Of a stretch of 64,000 nucleotides of DNA, positions 33,901 to 47,200 are shown piece after piece. Numbering within the stretch: the first letter of the stretch is position 1; each line of letters starts with the position of its first letter. The stretch is taken from assembly GCF_009914755.1 (NCBI RefSeq), contig NC_060941.1. One strand, written 5' to 3'. The notes below the pieces were generated by a model that did no database searches, was not told the origin of the DNA, and saw nothing but the letters and a program-made list of their open reading frames with translations. The translations under genes were made by a program, and so were the position numbers. Source of the DNA: the human T2T-CHM13v2.0 reference genome, Homo sapiens.

Positions 33901-36900
33901 GCTGCCAGGGGAGCCGGGCTCCAGCAGCCCCCCGCCCTTCCCGCCAGCCCCTCCCACCAGCCCCATCACTTTTATTGCTTCATGATGCCTGTCATTAGTG
34001 GTGTGTTTGAGACGCCCCACGGTGTTCTTACAACATAAAACCTGGGTGACTTGCAGCGGGGGTGGGGTCGGGCGCATTTATGGGCCCTCGCCGGCTCCGG
34101 ACAGTAAGAGCTGAGCTGATGGATCGCCTGCCAGGGGAGCCAGCACAGGAGGCCTTCAGCCACTTGCTTACAAGCAGAGCCGGGGCTGCCTGCCTGCTCC
34201 CAGGCCCACCCCTCTCTTCCCCTCAACTCCCCATCACTGTGGCCTTGGCATCGGCCAGCCGTTATGCCTTCCAGGAATTTGCCCTCAAGGCCTCCCTGGT
34301 CCCCACCACAGCCCTACCCCTCCCTGGGCGTCGCCCGCCCCCCCCACTCTGCCCGCCACGATGCCAGGCTCAGTCCCTCCAGCACTGTGAGGTCTACATT
34401 GCCATTCCACAGATGGGGAAACTGAAGCCCAATGTCACGGAGGTAGGAAGGGGCAGACGTAGACTTGGAAGGATTCTGTGGCCTGTTCGAGGTTCCGTGC
34501 ATGAGCCGTGCTCCGTGGAGAGCCAGGTCTACCGTTCCAGCCTTTGCTCTCCCAGGCCCCTGGCTGTCCATGTCCCACACCATCCTGACACCTGATACTT
34601 GACACCCGTGTCACCAACAGCTACAGTGCACCACGGCCTTGGAACACCGCACTCAGTGCTCTGCCTGGATGAGCCCTGTACCCCCACGACGACCCCACTG
34701 TGGACATTCTTATGTCCATTTTACAGATGACGAAACTGAGACGGGCGGATGCAGTGTTGTGCACAAGCCACACAGCTGGAAACGTGGGCTGGGGACTGGA
34801 ACCCAATTACCCGCTTTGGCTCTATAATCCTCTTTTTATTTTTATTTAATTTTTTTATGAGATGGAGTGTAGCTCTGTCGCACAGGCTGGAGTGCAGTGA
34901 CACGATCTCAGCTCACTGTAACCTCTGCCTCTCGGGTTCAACCCATTCTTGTGTCTCAGCCTCCCAAGAAGCTGGGATTACAGTTGTGTGTCACCACGCC
35001 TGGCTAATTTTTTGTATTTTTAGTAGAGATGGGGTTTCCCCATGTTGGTCAGGCTGGTCTCGGACTCCTGACCTCAGGTGATCTGCCCACCTCTCCCTCC
35101 CAAAGTGCTGGGATTACAGGCATGAGCCACCGTGCCCGGCCCTTTAATCCTCTTTTTAAAACACCTTAGGATATGATATATCCAGAATAGGCAAATCCAT
35201 AGACACAGAATGCAGATCCGTGTGCCAGTGGCTAGGGGGTGAAGAGGAACTGCTGAATGAGCGGGCGTTTCCTCCTGGGGTGACCAGCATGTTCTGCGAC
35301 TGCAGATGATGGCTGTGCCACCTTGTGAGGGTACTAAATGCCGCCGAATGGTACACCTTAAACTGGTTGATTTTATGTTATATGAACTTCCCTTCCATAC
35401 ATTATTTGAGGCTGGGCACGGTGGTTCACACCTGTTATCCCAACACTTTTGGAGGCCGAGATGGGTGGATCATCTGAGGTCAGGAGTTTGAGACCAGCCT
35501 GACCAAAATGGTGAAACCCCGTCTCTACTAAAAATACAAAAAAATTAGCTGGGTGTGGTGGCGCATGCCTGTAATCCCAGCTACTCAGGAGGCTGAGGCA
35601 GGATAATCGCTTGAATCCGGGAGGCAGAGATTGCAGTGGGCCTAGATCATGCCATTGTACTCCTGCCTAGGTGACAGAGCAAGACTCCGCCTCAAAAATA
35701 AAAAATAAAAAATAAAAAATAAATTATTTGGAAAAAAAACCAGCTTAGGTTTTTCTGCCACCTGTTTGGCAAGAGTCTGGGTGTCCCCACAGGCCGTCTT
35801 CAGCTGTTCTCCTAATGCGGTCTGTGTGCTAGCAGGAGAGACGTCGAGACATCCTCTGCCCAGCAGGAGCGTCCGTCACCTCTCCCAGGAAACATTCCTG
35901 GCTGTCCCCACCAGCTCCAAAGTCTCCACCTCTCAAACACCATGTCTTCTTTGGTGTCTGGGACACAGGCTGTTCTTGGCCAGGCCACAGCCTCATCATG
36001 CATGGCTCTGACCGGTGGCTCACGGGCTCTGTCCACAACACCGGGGGACAGGTGCTCTTATCTCTCCCAGGAGTCAGGATGAGACGTGCATGCATGTATT
36101 GCCAGCTTCTCTTGGGATCCTGGGTGCTTCCTCAGCCCTTGGCCGTCCCTTGGCCTGGGCTCCCCACCTCTCTGGCACCCAAGACTGGTGGAAAAGGAAA
36201 GCCCTCTCGTTCTGAGTTGAGATCTCAGAACCCTTGGCCTTTCTGCAGGGCCTCCAAAGGCGTCTGGTGGACCCTGCACCTGCTCTGCAGCGCCCCCTCC
36301 AGGCCTTCTTGCACGGGACAGTGACAGGGAGTTCTGTCTCAGAGCGAGTCCAGCAGGGCCTCCACAGAGTGCAAGGTTGCCTGCCCTGCCTGTGGAAGAG
36401 CAAGCCTTGTCCCCTGTTTCCCAGACCCCCTACTCAGTGGCCTCTGAATGTCCCCAATGTGGGCCCCTCCCTGGCTGCCCCTCTTGCTCTCCAAGTCCGA
36501 GCCCACCCAGAGCCCAAGCCCTCGGAGGCCCCTGCCACCTGGAAAGATGACACTGGGGCAGGGTTCTCTTCTGATGTCTGTGTTTTGTCTTGTGGGCCTT
36601 GGGGTGCCCCTGCCCCTGATAAGAAGGGGTTTCAGAGCAGAAATAAAGCCTCAGACAGGTGAGCCTCTGTGGCACATGGCCCCTCGAGCCAGCCATGCAT
36701 CTGGGTTCAGCCCCTGCCAGGACACTTGACCAGGCCCCTTACCTTCTCCGAGCTGGGATCATGCTGGGAAGACTGAATGGGACGCAGCCGGTGAAAACGC
36801 CTGGAAGAGAGTAAACGCCATTTTCTCTAAGCATATTTATTTCTTTAACAACAGTGACGACCATTTGTGAGCCATCTCTCTGTCTCAGGCACGGTGCTAC

Positions 36901-37725
36901 ATGCCAACGAAACCTGCTCCCATTGAACCCTGGCCAGCCAGTGAAGAAAGGGTTGGGCCTGGGAGGTGCCACTTTACAGACAGGGGCACCAAGGGGCAGG
37001 GTGGCAGGAGGCCCACCGGACGTTCCCCATGAAGTAGCAGTCCCAGCATCCACACCCAGCAGGCACCACGCTGGCCCGCAGCCTCCCTGCCAGCACGCCT
37101 GGCTTCCCGGCCTCGGAACTTGATCTGCTCCCTCTTCCGGACACTGGGGCTCCTGCCAAGTCCTGGGCTGGGCAGCAACTGCTGAACATTCTAAGAAATC
37201 CCTCCCAGGGTTTTCTCAGGAGCCCGGGTGGGGCAGGAAGTCCCCAGGGGCTGAGGGGACCGTGGCGGCAGGTGGCACCCAGAGCAGCACTCTCCTGGGG
37301 CCCAGGCTGTTGGGCCAGAGGCAGGACTGTGAGGCCTAGTGTAGGGCCTCCTGCCAGTGGCCGGCACCTACTTGTGGGGCTGGGGGTTCCCCCAGCAGGT
37401 TGGGCTCCCCACCTGACACACTCACAGACCTTGTGCCTTGGAGAGCCAGTGTTCCCGGGGCCACATAGCTATGCCGCCCAGGGGCTGGGCCTGTCCCAGC
37501 TCTGGTCCCCCGGCCCCAGGTCCTGGACGCTGGCTCCGCGCAGCAGCAGGCGGCCTCCGGAGGACACGATGTGACTGGCTGCCGCTACGTCGCACTCAGA
37601 TGAGTCTGCGCCGGATCGACCTGCTGCCGAGTCCTGCCGGACAGGCACAGGCAGGGAGTGAAAATTATCTACCCCTTTTTATTTCTTAATAACTGAATGA
37701 AAATAAACATTGGTGGTTTGACAAA
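31000..37725 (+). ncRNA. Possible spliced lncRNA (I recall LINC01978/LINC01979 mapping to this interval); exon structure unresolved
   Basis: Strong donors CAG|gtatgt (31300), CAG|gtgagc (about 32660 and 36659); acceptors at 33504 and 36888; AATAAA 37702-37707; no credible CDS. Confidence 0.3.
34833..35722. mobile_element. Inverted Alu pair: Alu (-) 34833-35142 and Alu (+) 35410-35722, with an L1 fragment between
   Basis: Alu consensus; TSDs taatcctcttttta and attatttg. Confidence 0.92.
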
Positions 37726-40700
37726 TAACTACATATTTTCAAACCCAGCCAGTCCAGGGGATGCAGTTTCCAGGTGCGTTATGCAACAGGACGCCGCCGA
37801 GATGCTCTGAGATGTCCCTTGGCTGTCTCACGGGTTGTCTCTGGGTTCCCTCCCACCCCCACTCTCCTTTGCCACCCTCTCCCCAGCCCCCACTACCCTT
37901 TCACGCTTCTAAATTCAAGGGCCACACTGTCCCCTGAACAGACCAATCACAATGAGATCCATTATAGTTCCAAAGATACCACGAAAAAAAAAAAAAAACG
38001 TGGGGGGTGTCCAGGAATGCAGCCGCACCCCAGAGAGCAGTACAATCAGCTATTGTTGTGCTAGAAGTTTCTCTGTGATAAGAAGAGAATCTAGCAATGC
38101 CGCCTTCTGAACTGATTGCAAAACAGAATAGAAAGTTCAAGGCCCCGAGATAGCTAAGCTAGCAGCCCCTCCAGAGCAGCCCCAGGCCACACAGCTGGGC
38201 TTTGGGGCTGGCCAGCCCCTGTCCTTGCATGCATCTGCACAGGGCTCCTTGCAAGGGGGCCCGGCTCCATATCCCCCACCTCGCCCCCTCCCCATCTGGG
38301 CCTGGGGCGGCTGAGCTGGCTTCCTGCACTGAGGGGACCCTCCGGCCTCCTTCCTGAAGCAGCTGCCCTTCCCCGAGGGACTCCCGGGTGAGGGCCTCCC
38401 ACATTGTCTGCTTTAGTGATGCTGGTTCTCCCACAGACGCTGCCTGTCCACCCCGCACAGATGGCATGACTGTCCTCCCCTTGCCCGGGCAGGGATACGG
38501 CGGCACAGAGATGGGGGCCGATGGCTAGGACCTGAACTCCAAGCTGTGGGCCCCAGGTTTTTCATCTGCTTAGGCCACTCCCCACTGCCCAGACGTCCCC
38601 TGGGGTGTCCGGTTTGCTGGAAGGGCCACCACTGGCCTTGAGCTCCCAGTGTCATTTCCGGGCGCTGACGCGTGAGGGTCTCCAACAGGCGGGCCCACGG
38701 GAAGTGCTTTCTGTGCTTGGCCCTTCATGCTTTGCCTCTGGTTCCTGAAATGGGCACTGGAGGTGGGCACAGTTACTGTCCACATTTCACAGGTGAGCAA
38801 AGTGAGGCTTAGAGAAGCTAAGTGACTTGTCCAAGGTCACACAGCAAAAGAGGGGCCTCGAACAGAACTAAAGGGCCCATGGTGCACAGGCAGAGGTTGC
38901 CATAGAGCGACCAGGGCCTTCTCAAATCCGGCTGTGAGCAGAAACTTCTCCCGCCCCCCCGGGCCCACCATGGTGACCTGTGGAGTGCCTCCATGCGCCG
39001 AGATCGCTTATCAGCCCATCAGCACTGGTCACGGCCACTTTTATGGTCTGTGTTCTCTCGTGTGTCTGTATTCGTGCGACGTTCCTTCATTCAGGCAATA
39101 TTTGCTGAGCATCCAGGAGGCCCCCGTTTATTCATTTATCATCCAGCAAACACCGCGAGGCGGCTGCCAGCTGGGGCCGGGCTCGGTGCGGGCTCCCGGG
39201 TGGGGGCGGGCATCACGGGGCACTGCGTGGCGGATGTGGGGAGGGTCGTGATGGGGAGGGACGTGCTAGGTGTGCACAGAGATGCTGGGGTGCAGGAGCG
39301 GGTGTCTCTCTGAGCACATGGCCCGGAAACTGAGGGCTGTGGGTGCACTAATGTGGGGGAGAGACCAACTTCCTTTCACTGGAGCCCTCAAAGTTTCTGG
39401 CAGGGATAACCAGGATCCTAGCGTCTGACACTAAGTTCAGGGAGGTCACAGGACGTGCTGGAACCAGGAGTTCAGGGTTCAAGCCCAGGCCTTTCTCCTC
39501 ATATTGAACGGGCCTCTCCTGGTACCATGGGGTGCCCTTGATCCAAAGCCCCCAGTGAGGAACATCTCACGGTATGTGGGGATGGGCCTTTGCCATAGCA
39601 GCCCATGCAAGGCCTTGGGGCCAGAGCCAGCCCCGCAGGGACCCTCCTTGCACTATTCTTCACATACACCATTGAGGACAAGAGGAAGGGACACCCCTGG
39701 CCTGGCCATGTGGTGACAGCTCCCTGTGCATTGACCCCCAGGGGTGCTGCGATCTAGGAGTGGCCATGAGACGAGGGGGAGGGAGACACTTTCCCGATGG
39801 TGTGGCGGGCAGGTCTGGCAGGCAGGGTTAGGCGGGGTCGTGGAAGAGGCTGTCCTGGCCCAGAGGCTGCCAGGCCTGGCCTGGGGCTGGCTCCTCTTCC
39901 AGGAAAGGTGTGAGGCCTCTTGTGGCTCAGCACTTTGGAAAGTCAGCCAAGTTCTAAGCTTACAGGTGCATGAAGGTTCCATGTCTGTGGTTTCAAGAAC
40001 ATAAAAGTGGGGTGGGAGGCCCTGGGAGGTGGTCCTGTGTGGGGGCAGCCAAGTAGGGGGCGTGGGATGGGGAATGAGGTAGGGGATGGAGTAAGATGTG
40101 GGAGAAGTGAAGTGGGGGTGAAATGGGGAAGTGGGAGTGGGAGGGGAGGAAGGGGCAGGTGCTGGGAAGTTGGCCCTTGTGGCCCTAATCTGTCTGTGAC
40201 AGCTTCCGCTCCTACCCATCCACAGGGACAAGAACAAGTATCCCCTTCCCCAGCCTGCTCCCTCTTAAAAAAAAATCCTCTTCCTATTTAGTATGCAACA
40301 GGTGCTCAATGTGTGCTCCTACCGTTCTCCAGGAAAGGAGGGAGCTAAGCAGGACACAGCCCAGAGCTCAGCACTCCCCTAGCCTCCCACCCTCACCTCC
40401 CAAGGCAAGGGCCAAACCCAACGGTCTGGCTGGGGACCCCCACCAGCCTCCCCCACCATGGATGGAGGTGGCACGTCTTGAGGCCCAGAGGGGGCAGACA
40501 TGACGTCCAAGGCTACACAGTGAGTCTAGACCACATGGCCTGCTCCTCACGCCCTGGAGAAAGAAAAGGCAGCCCAAAGCAGGGAGGGTCATGCCCCACC
40601 TGGAGTGGGCCTTGATGACCTTGACGTCCCCTTCCCACCTTGAAATATTTAACAATTCTTCCGGAGTTTCCCCAAGGAGGCCTATTCACACAGGCGGGCC

Positions 40701-41559
40701 ATCTGATGATCTGCCCCTGGGGGGTTTCTCCTGCAGCCACCTGGGAGGGGCGTGGCACTGGACAGGGAGGTCCCTTTACCCCACACAAGAAGGAAGAGCC
40801 GAGTAACCCACCCTGACGGGCAGTCCCTCCACTGGGAGCTGGGGCCAGGGTCTGGGCGAGGGGCTGGAGTCAGACTGTGGGAGCACGGAGCCCAGGATCT
40901 GAGCCTGCCCGCAGGCTGCCTGTCTTCTGGTCTCTCTCCTCCTGCTCCAGCTTGGCCGAGCCAAGCTGCCGAAGGCCAAAGAGCAGCGTGAACTCCTAAG
41001 AGTGACCCAAATAAACCTTCTTTTCAAGAAAAACAGGCCCTGCAAGCCTGTGGGTCCCCATGACAAGGGATCCATCAGGCAGACAGACTGCACTTCGGTT
41101 CGGTTGGTGAGGACTCTGTCCCACTCCGCCAGCAGCTCCCAGCCTGCTGGGCCCTGGCCCTGGTGGTCACCGCTGTGGCTTCCTGCACCCCCGCCCCGTA
41201 GAGAGCTGCAGGGAGCCCGGGGTGCTGCTGCTCTTCTGAGGCGGGAGGGTCTCCTGCCTTTGCTCAGGTTTTATAGAGAGAGGGTGGGCTGGACAGGGAC
41301 AGACAGGGGCTGGCGGCTGAGGGTGAGGGTGGAGGGAGTGGTGCGGTGTCCCGGCTACAGGCGGGCTCTAGGGCTGGGCTGGGTGAGGGCTTGGGCAGGG
41401 TGGGTGGAAGGCTCAGAGGGGCCTGGGGCCAGGGCCCGGTGGGTCCTTCGCTGCCCTGGTTGGGGTGGGGTGGGTCACTGCAGGGAATTACAGCAAGTGG
41501 GAGGCTCCAGGAGGTGGGGAGTTTCCTCCGACTTTTGGGACTCTGAGGCTCGGCCTCCT

Positions 41560-42640
41560 CTTGCACGTTCTCCAGCCTCCTCGTCACCGCCACCAGGTTA
41601 CTACCTTTACCCGACGCACACCTGACGTGGCTGGATGACTGGGCCCGGGGGCTGCTGCCCCTTCTCGCACCCCGCCCCTCCCCTCCCCTCCCCTCCCCTC
41701 CCCTCCCCTCCCCTCCCCTCCCCTCTCCTCCCCTCCTCTCCCCTCTCCTCCCCTCCCCTCTCCTCTCCTCCCCTCCCCTCCCCTCTCCTCCCCTCCCCTC
41801 CCCTCCCCTCCCCTCCCCTCCCCTCCCCTCTCCTCTCCTCCCCTCCCCTCTCCTCTCCTCCCCTCCCCTCCTCTCCCCTCCTCTCCCCTCTCCTCCCCTC
41901 CTCTCCCCTCTCCTCCCCTCCCCTCTCCTCTCCTCCCCTCCCCTCTCCTCTCCTCCCCTCCCCTCCTCTCCCCTCCTCTCCCCTCCTCTCCTCTCCTCTC
42001 CTCTCCTTCTGTGCCCGTCTCCAGCCCTCTCCCGTTCTGCGCGCCCCTCCTTCCCCGACTTGGGCAGAACCGCACGCAGCGGCTCGGAGGCCAGGCGTGT
42101 GCCGGGCGGGATCGCGCGCCCGCTGGGGTGAAATCAAAAGAAAAGCAACAAAGCCCCTTCCGCGGAAAATGGGGTGGATGTGAGCGGCGCCGGCCTCTTC
42201 CTGCTGGAATGGGAATTAGCGGCGAGGATTATTTTGAGGACGCGAGGTCCCATTGTGCCCAAATGCGCCTCCTCCTGCCCGGCTCGGTGGGGTTCGCGGC
42301 GCACGGACCCCGCCCCCAAGGCCTCAGGTGGGCCGGGGGCTCCGGGAGGCCTCCGCCGCCCTCCGTCCCAGGAGAGCAGTTCCCGGTGAGAAGCCCGGGC
42401 TCTGCAGACACCCCACAGCAGTTCTGCGTCTCGGAAAACGCGGCGCCTTCATCAGGACCGCACGAAGGAGGGGGTGGGGAGGCGGGTCCAGCCTCGCGAG
42501 GAGCCGGCCGGGGTCTGGGGGGCCGTGGCAGAGGGGAGTCCCGCTTTCTGTGTAAGCCTCCCTGTGCCAAGTAGGCCCGAACCCCACCTTTGGAACTTGC
42601 TTTCTAGAAAGGACAGCACCCCAGGGGGCCCGTGCCGTGG
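41560..42640. promoter_or_regulatory. CpG island downstream of TBC1D16 (orphan CGI, possible lncRNA promoter or enhancer)
   Basis: Dense CpG at 42010-42560 and GC-box-like motifs. Confidence 0.6.
41675..42006. repeat. (CCCCT/CTCCT)n pentanucleotide pure-pyrimidine tract, about 330 bp
   Basis: Only C and T on the + strand. Confidence 0.97.
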
Positions 42641-44291
42641 GCATGGCAGCCTCTCAGGTCGTGGGGAGGGGAGGGGACACTTTGGGGAAGCCACAGGGGG
42701 TCTCTAGGTATCTCTGGGATGCTTTCTGGTGGGGTGTTTCCTCTAATCAAAACCATCGTGGGCCAGATTCTGGGGAGCTGGCAGCCCCCCCACACAAACA
42801 GACCTTGGTGTCCTGGATCAGCTTCAGGTACCTGATGGGGTGAGAGGATCGGTGCAGAGGCTCAGAGGCCAGGCCAGTTTGGTGACCCATCAGCTGAATT
42901 TCAGACTCCGGGTCCCCAGCCCCTTCAGAGACACTGGGACCGCTTTGGGGCTGCCCTGAAGGCTCCAGAGGGTGGAGGGGAAGGGCACGGTGCTTTTGCT
43001 AACACTCTCACGTCCCCTGGGAGCAGGTGGGTGGCCACCCTGAGGCCACTGCACGGGGGAAGGGACAGAGAGAGGTGGGGTGGGGGAGGCGGAGGGGAAG
43101 CTGCAACCAGCTCCCGTGGGGCAGGGGGTCGGCGGGGGTTTGTCCCTGCTGTGGGCACCTGGAGCGACACCTGTGGGGGCAGCTCCTCATCTGACCTGCA
43201 CTAACACTAATCTTTAGTCAGCTCCAGGGACTCACCCACCCTGAAAGACCCCATCCTCAACCCTATCAATAGCTCTGGTTGCATTTCCGGCAAAATCTGC
43301 AAGAGCTCGGTTCTTTGTCTAACCCTCCAGGGAAACAAACAGTTCACCTCCCCTGGAATGTCCTCATCCCCTTCCCGGGGTCCCAACACCCTCCCCAGCC
43401 CCCACCCTACTCCATCTCAGGCTGGCTGCCTCTGACCCTAAAAGTCCAATTCTGTTTGTCTGCCGGGTTGGGGCACTCATCTGTGGCCCAGCCAGGCAGA
43501 AAGACAGAGAACCGGGGGAAACTCCCGTCTACATGAATCATGGGGCAGAACCTGGGGATTTATCCAACAACCAAGAGGGCGCCTGGACTTTGAAGAAAGG
43601 CAGCACTTGCCCAGAGGAGACTGTTTCAGGAGCTAGACCCCACCCTGCTCTTGGGGTGGGTGGTGGCATTTCCCAGGGGGCACCTGGGCTCTTGCCTAGT
43701 GGTCTGGGGTCCCTGGTACTTTATTTCTAAAGTTGTCCACATCAGCAGGAGGTGAGTGGAATAGACAGTGGAGGCCAGGTACCTGGAAACTGCTCCAGGG
43801 GCTGTGGTGGGAGGGTGACCCAGGTGCCACCCACCTGAGATGTGGTCATGGTTGGTTTTGTCTGAGCTGGTTGTTTGCTTGCAGAGAGGGAACCCAAAGG
43901 TCACACCAGAAAGCAGGCTTCCAGTGCAGTGAAGGCGAGGGCTGGAAAGCCGCACCCACCCCCGCACCCACCCCTGCACTTGTGTAGTCCTCACGTGTCC
44001 TCTACATCCTGGGCCAGAGGGAGAGGCCCCTTCAGCAGCGGCTCTCCCAACAAAGAGGAAGGCCCCCACCAAGAGCACGCACTCAGAACCCCAGAGTTCT
44101 AGGAGGCAGAATGGATGGCACCAAGAGGTCAGCGGTCTAGAGTGGGTCTCCCAGAGCCCGCCCCGTGGCAGCACCTCATGTGACCACTGGCGCCTTTGCC
44201 CAGGTTCTCCACACTGGAAAAGTGGAGAATGGCTAGATGGTGCCCCCTCCAATAATCCACAAACCTGGGTGACACTTATTATCCTTCAGTC

Positions 44292-44297
44292 TTTATT
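44292..44297 (-). terminator. Distal polyadenylation signal AATAAA of TBC1D16
   Basis: tttatt on the + strand in an AT-rich patch; downstream on the minus strand gtgtcacccaggtttgtggatt. Confidence 0.7.
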
Positions 44298-47200
44298 TTA
44301 AATAAGGCCCCTGTCCTTTACCCTCCCAAAGTACTTTTAGACATTTTCCTTCTGCCCAGAATCCTCTGCCCGGTCCCCTGTAGCTAGTGTCCAGACACTG
44401 GTCACAGACCTCCACTGAGCCCAGTTAGAGCGCTGACCTCCCATCTCAGGACTTCTTGGCCCTTGCCCATTGCCATACTCTACTGTCAGATTTTAAAACT
44501 GCTAGACCATGTGCCAATTCACATTGACTTGTAGCCACTAGGACCCTGTGTCTTTTTCTATTGTGCTTGTTCATGGCCAGGAATCAACGAACTTTGGACA
44601 GACAATCAGTAGACTTTGGGTGTGGCCTTGGTGAAGGCTTCCCACTTTGGTGACTTGCATGTGCCCCTCTTTGTTGAGGGGGTTTTGAAGCAGCTTCTGC
44701 GTCATTGGGAGCTGGCTGCTGCGCCCAGCCTGAGGCCCTGGACCCCTTTTGCACCATCCTAATTTCAACATCCAGATGTCAATTCAGAAAATTATTATAT
44801 CATTCTAATGACTCAAAACATAAAATCCCCTCTTTTGTCTCATGTTGAAGAGCTGATGACATCGGACCTATCAGGTCAGACTTATTTTCCTAGTCAGAGA
44901 CTGAATGGCATATTTTCAAAGCACTTCGTCTAAATTGCATGGCACACACCCCAGGAGCCCAAAGATCTGGTTGTTCTCTTGAGATGCAGAGAGGAGGCCC
45001 ACAGGTGGCGGAGGGGTGAAGGAGGAGGAGCCACCACTTCCGAAGCATCAGAATGTCAAAATCTAAGTTTTCCACGAGGTCAGCAGCAGGTGTCTCCTGG
45101 TCTGGAGAGGGCATGGAAGTGGCCACAGGTCTGGACTTCTCTGGGTGGATGTGAGGGAGGGTGATTGAACTGGAGGAGGGGGCTGGCTTGAGACCTTCCT
45201 GTTCTATGTTGGGGGGGATACTGAGGGTCCGTCTCACTGGGACGAAGAGGGGGCACAGATGCAGGTATGCCCAGGTACCTGAGTCCCAGCCAAAGCGGCA
45301 AAGCCAGACCTCCCGGGATTCCTTGAGTTTGGACAAAGGGTGTCCCGACGACGATAAAGAGCCAGGAGCAGAGAGCCCTGCATCTTGCCTGGGGCCCCTT
45401 GTATCTCTGGCTCATGGCCTGTCCTGGGCACGGGGAGGAAGGGAGACACCCGTAATAATAACAGAGACCGCACTGGACTATGGGGGATCACAATGGGTTT
45501 CAGTTTGATTGAGAGAAAATAAGGTAAGGGACACGTGCTCGCCTGAGTCTCTGGAGTAAGAGTCACGCCTTGGAGAAGGAGGGCAGCCAAAGGCCACGCA
45601 GAAATTGGGGGTTCAAGGTTTGCCCAGCCGGCCCCAAAGGTGTGGGGGTCCACATGGCCTCACCCAGGGGCCAGTGGGGTGGCTTTGCTCATTTGAGGGT
45701 GTGCAGGGTACATATGTGTCTGCCCCGGGAATCCAAGTAGCCCCAGTGCGCTCCTGCCTTGCTTCCCTAGAGCGAGCCCACGGTACCATAGTCCTCGTGG
45801 GATGAATGCATGAATGATGTGGAAGGAGCCAGAACAGGGCTGCAGACAGGATGCTCTCTCATAGAAGGACCCCAGAGAACTTCCCCTCTGGAGCCTGTGC
45901 GGCTGGTTGAGTGTAAACGCTGAGTCATGCTCGCTGCCCAGCTGTGTGGCAAGGGCACTCCCTAGGCACTGAGCAGCCACCGCCAGCCCTGAGGGCTGCG
46001 GGACAACAGAGAGCCGGGCCTGCCCGAGGCACGGCCCCTGAAAAGTGTGGCCCGCCAGGTGGCACCTATGTTCTCTTGCCCGGCGTGGGTGACTACACAG
46101 TTGTCATTTACGGGGGAAGTAGGGCACAGCAGAGGTGAACATGAGGATGATGCTGCGTCTGGGCTGTATCCAGGGAACCAGCTGCCGGACAAATTGGAAG
46201 GGACCTTCTTGGCAGGACAGGTCCAGTTGGTGGCCTGAGGTGGGGTTGTGGTGGGCCTTGTCCCCCTGCAGGGCTGACCCGTGCAGGTGGGATCATCCTT
46301 CCTGAGGAGCTGCCCTGCCCAGTCCCGTTGCCTTGGAGGCGGTGACATCAGGGGCCCCTGAGCCACCAGGTTCCTCCATCTTCATGTGGCCACCACGGCT
46401 GTTGCAGAGTCCACGGTAAGAGCCAGGACGTGGCTTCCAGGCAGGATGGGGAAGCACCTCCCACTCCCACATGGACAAAGATTTCTTTAAACGGAGCCAC
46501 CAGCCATGCCTGGTAGTGGGTGCCCTCCCTAGGCAGGCAGTGCTGGCTCTGCTCTTTCCTGGGGGAAGCCCACTGCTCCTCCTGGGGCCTAGTCCGTGGG
46601 ACCTGCCCAGCCAGCCTTGGGAGGGGCACCCCTGGGCATGTGGAGAGGAGGTGATGAGGCGCTCAGATGTCGAGGCCAAGGCCAGGTAGGTGGCAGGTGA
46701 GACAGGCCCTTCAGACATGAGACCCGAGTGATGTAGATAAGAGGTATGTTCCCCTCCAGCCCCCGCCCCCAGGCAAAAGGGGAAAAGACACACAGAGAAC
46801 AACAGAAAACAGTTGGAAACCCCAAAGGGCGCTTGATGAAGAGCTGGAGCTCCCCGCCCCCCGTGCTCCGGGAGGACCAGGAGACCTGCTCCATGGGCCA
46901 AACCGCCTTTGCCCATCCCTCCCCTGACCCCTGCTGCACGGTTCCAAGGGCTTGGTAGGGCAGCCTGAATTTTCCCTAACTCCCACTCCTAGGAAGGTCA
47001 AATTCACCTTGTTTGCCTCCTTAAAAATTCACAAATGCAGGACTGAGGCTTTTCCTGAAACCAGAGCCCCGGCAGCCAAGGCTCAATAAAATACTGTTTG
47101 TGTTTCCAGGCACTGGGGTGGGAGCGAGGCTCCCAGTTGCTCAGAGTTAACCGGCCCTTTCCCGAGTGAGACCCCGCGAGCACTCGTCAATTCTCCCATC

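Noticed and set aside
41584-42183. RGG-rich and Pro/Ser-rich ORFs; possible SVA hexamer head
   Set aside because: They are translations of a pentamer repeat. The unit is CCCCT, not CCCTCT, and no Alu-like, VNTR or SINE-R parts follow.
46048-46066. CTCF-like motif ccgccaggtggcac, and miR-124 seed matches near 50461 and 50740
   Set aside because: Short motifs at chance frequency in GC-rich DNA; unsupported without ChIP or conservation data.
46293-46916. 207-aa ORF on the TBC1D16 strand
   Set aside because: It lies in the GC-rich 3'UTR and has no recognisable domain; ORFs of this length are expected by chance here.
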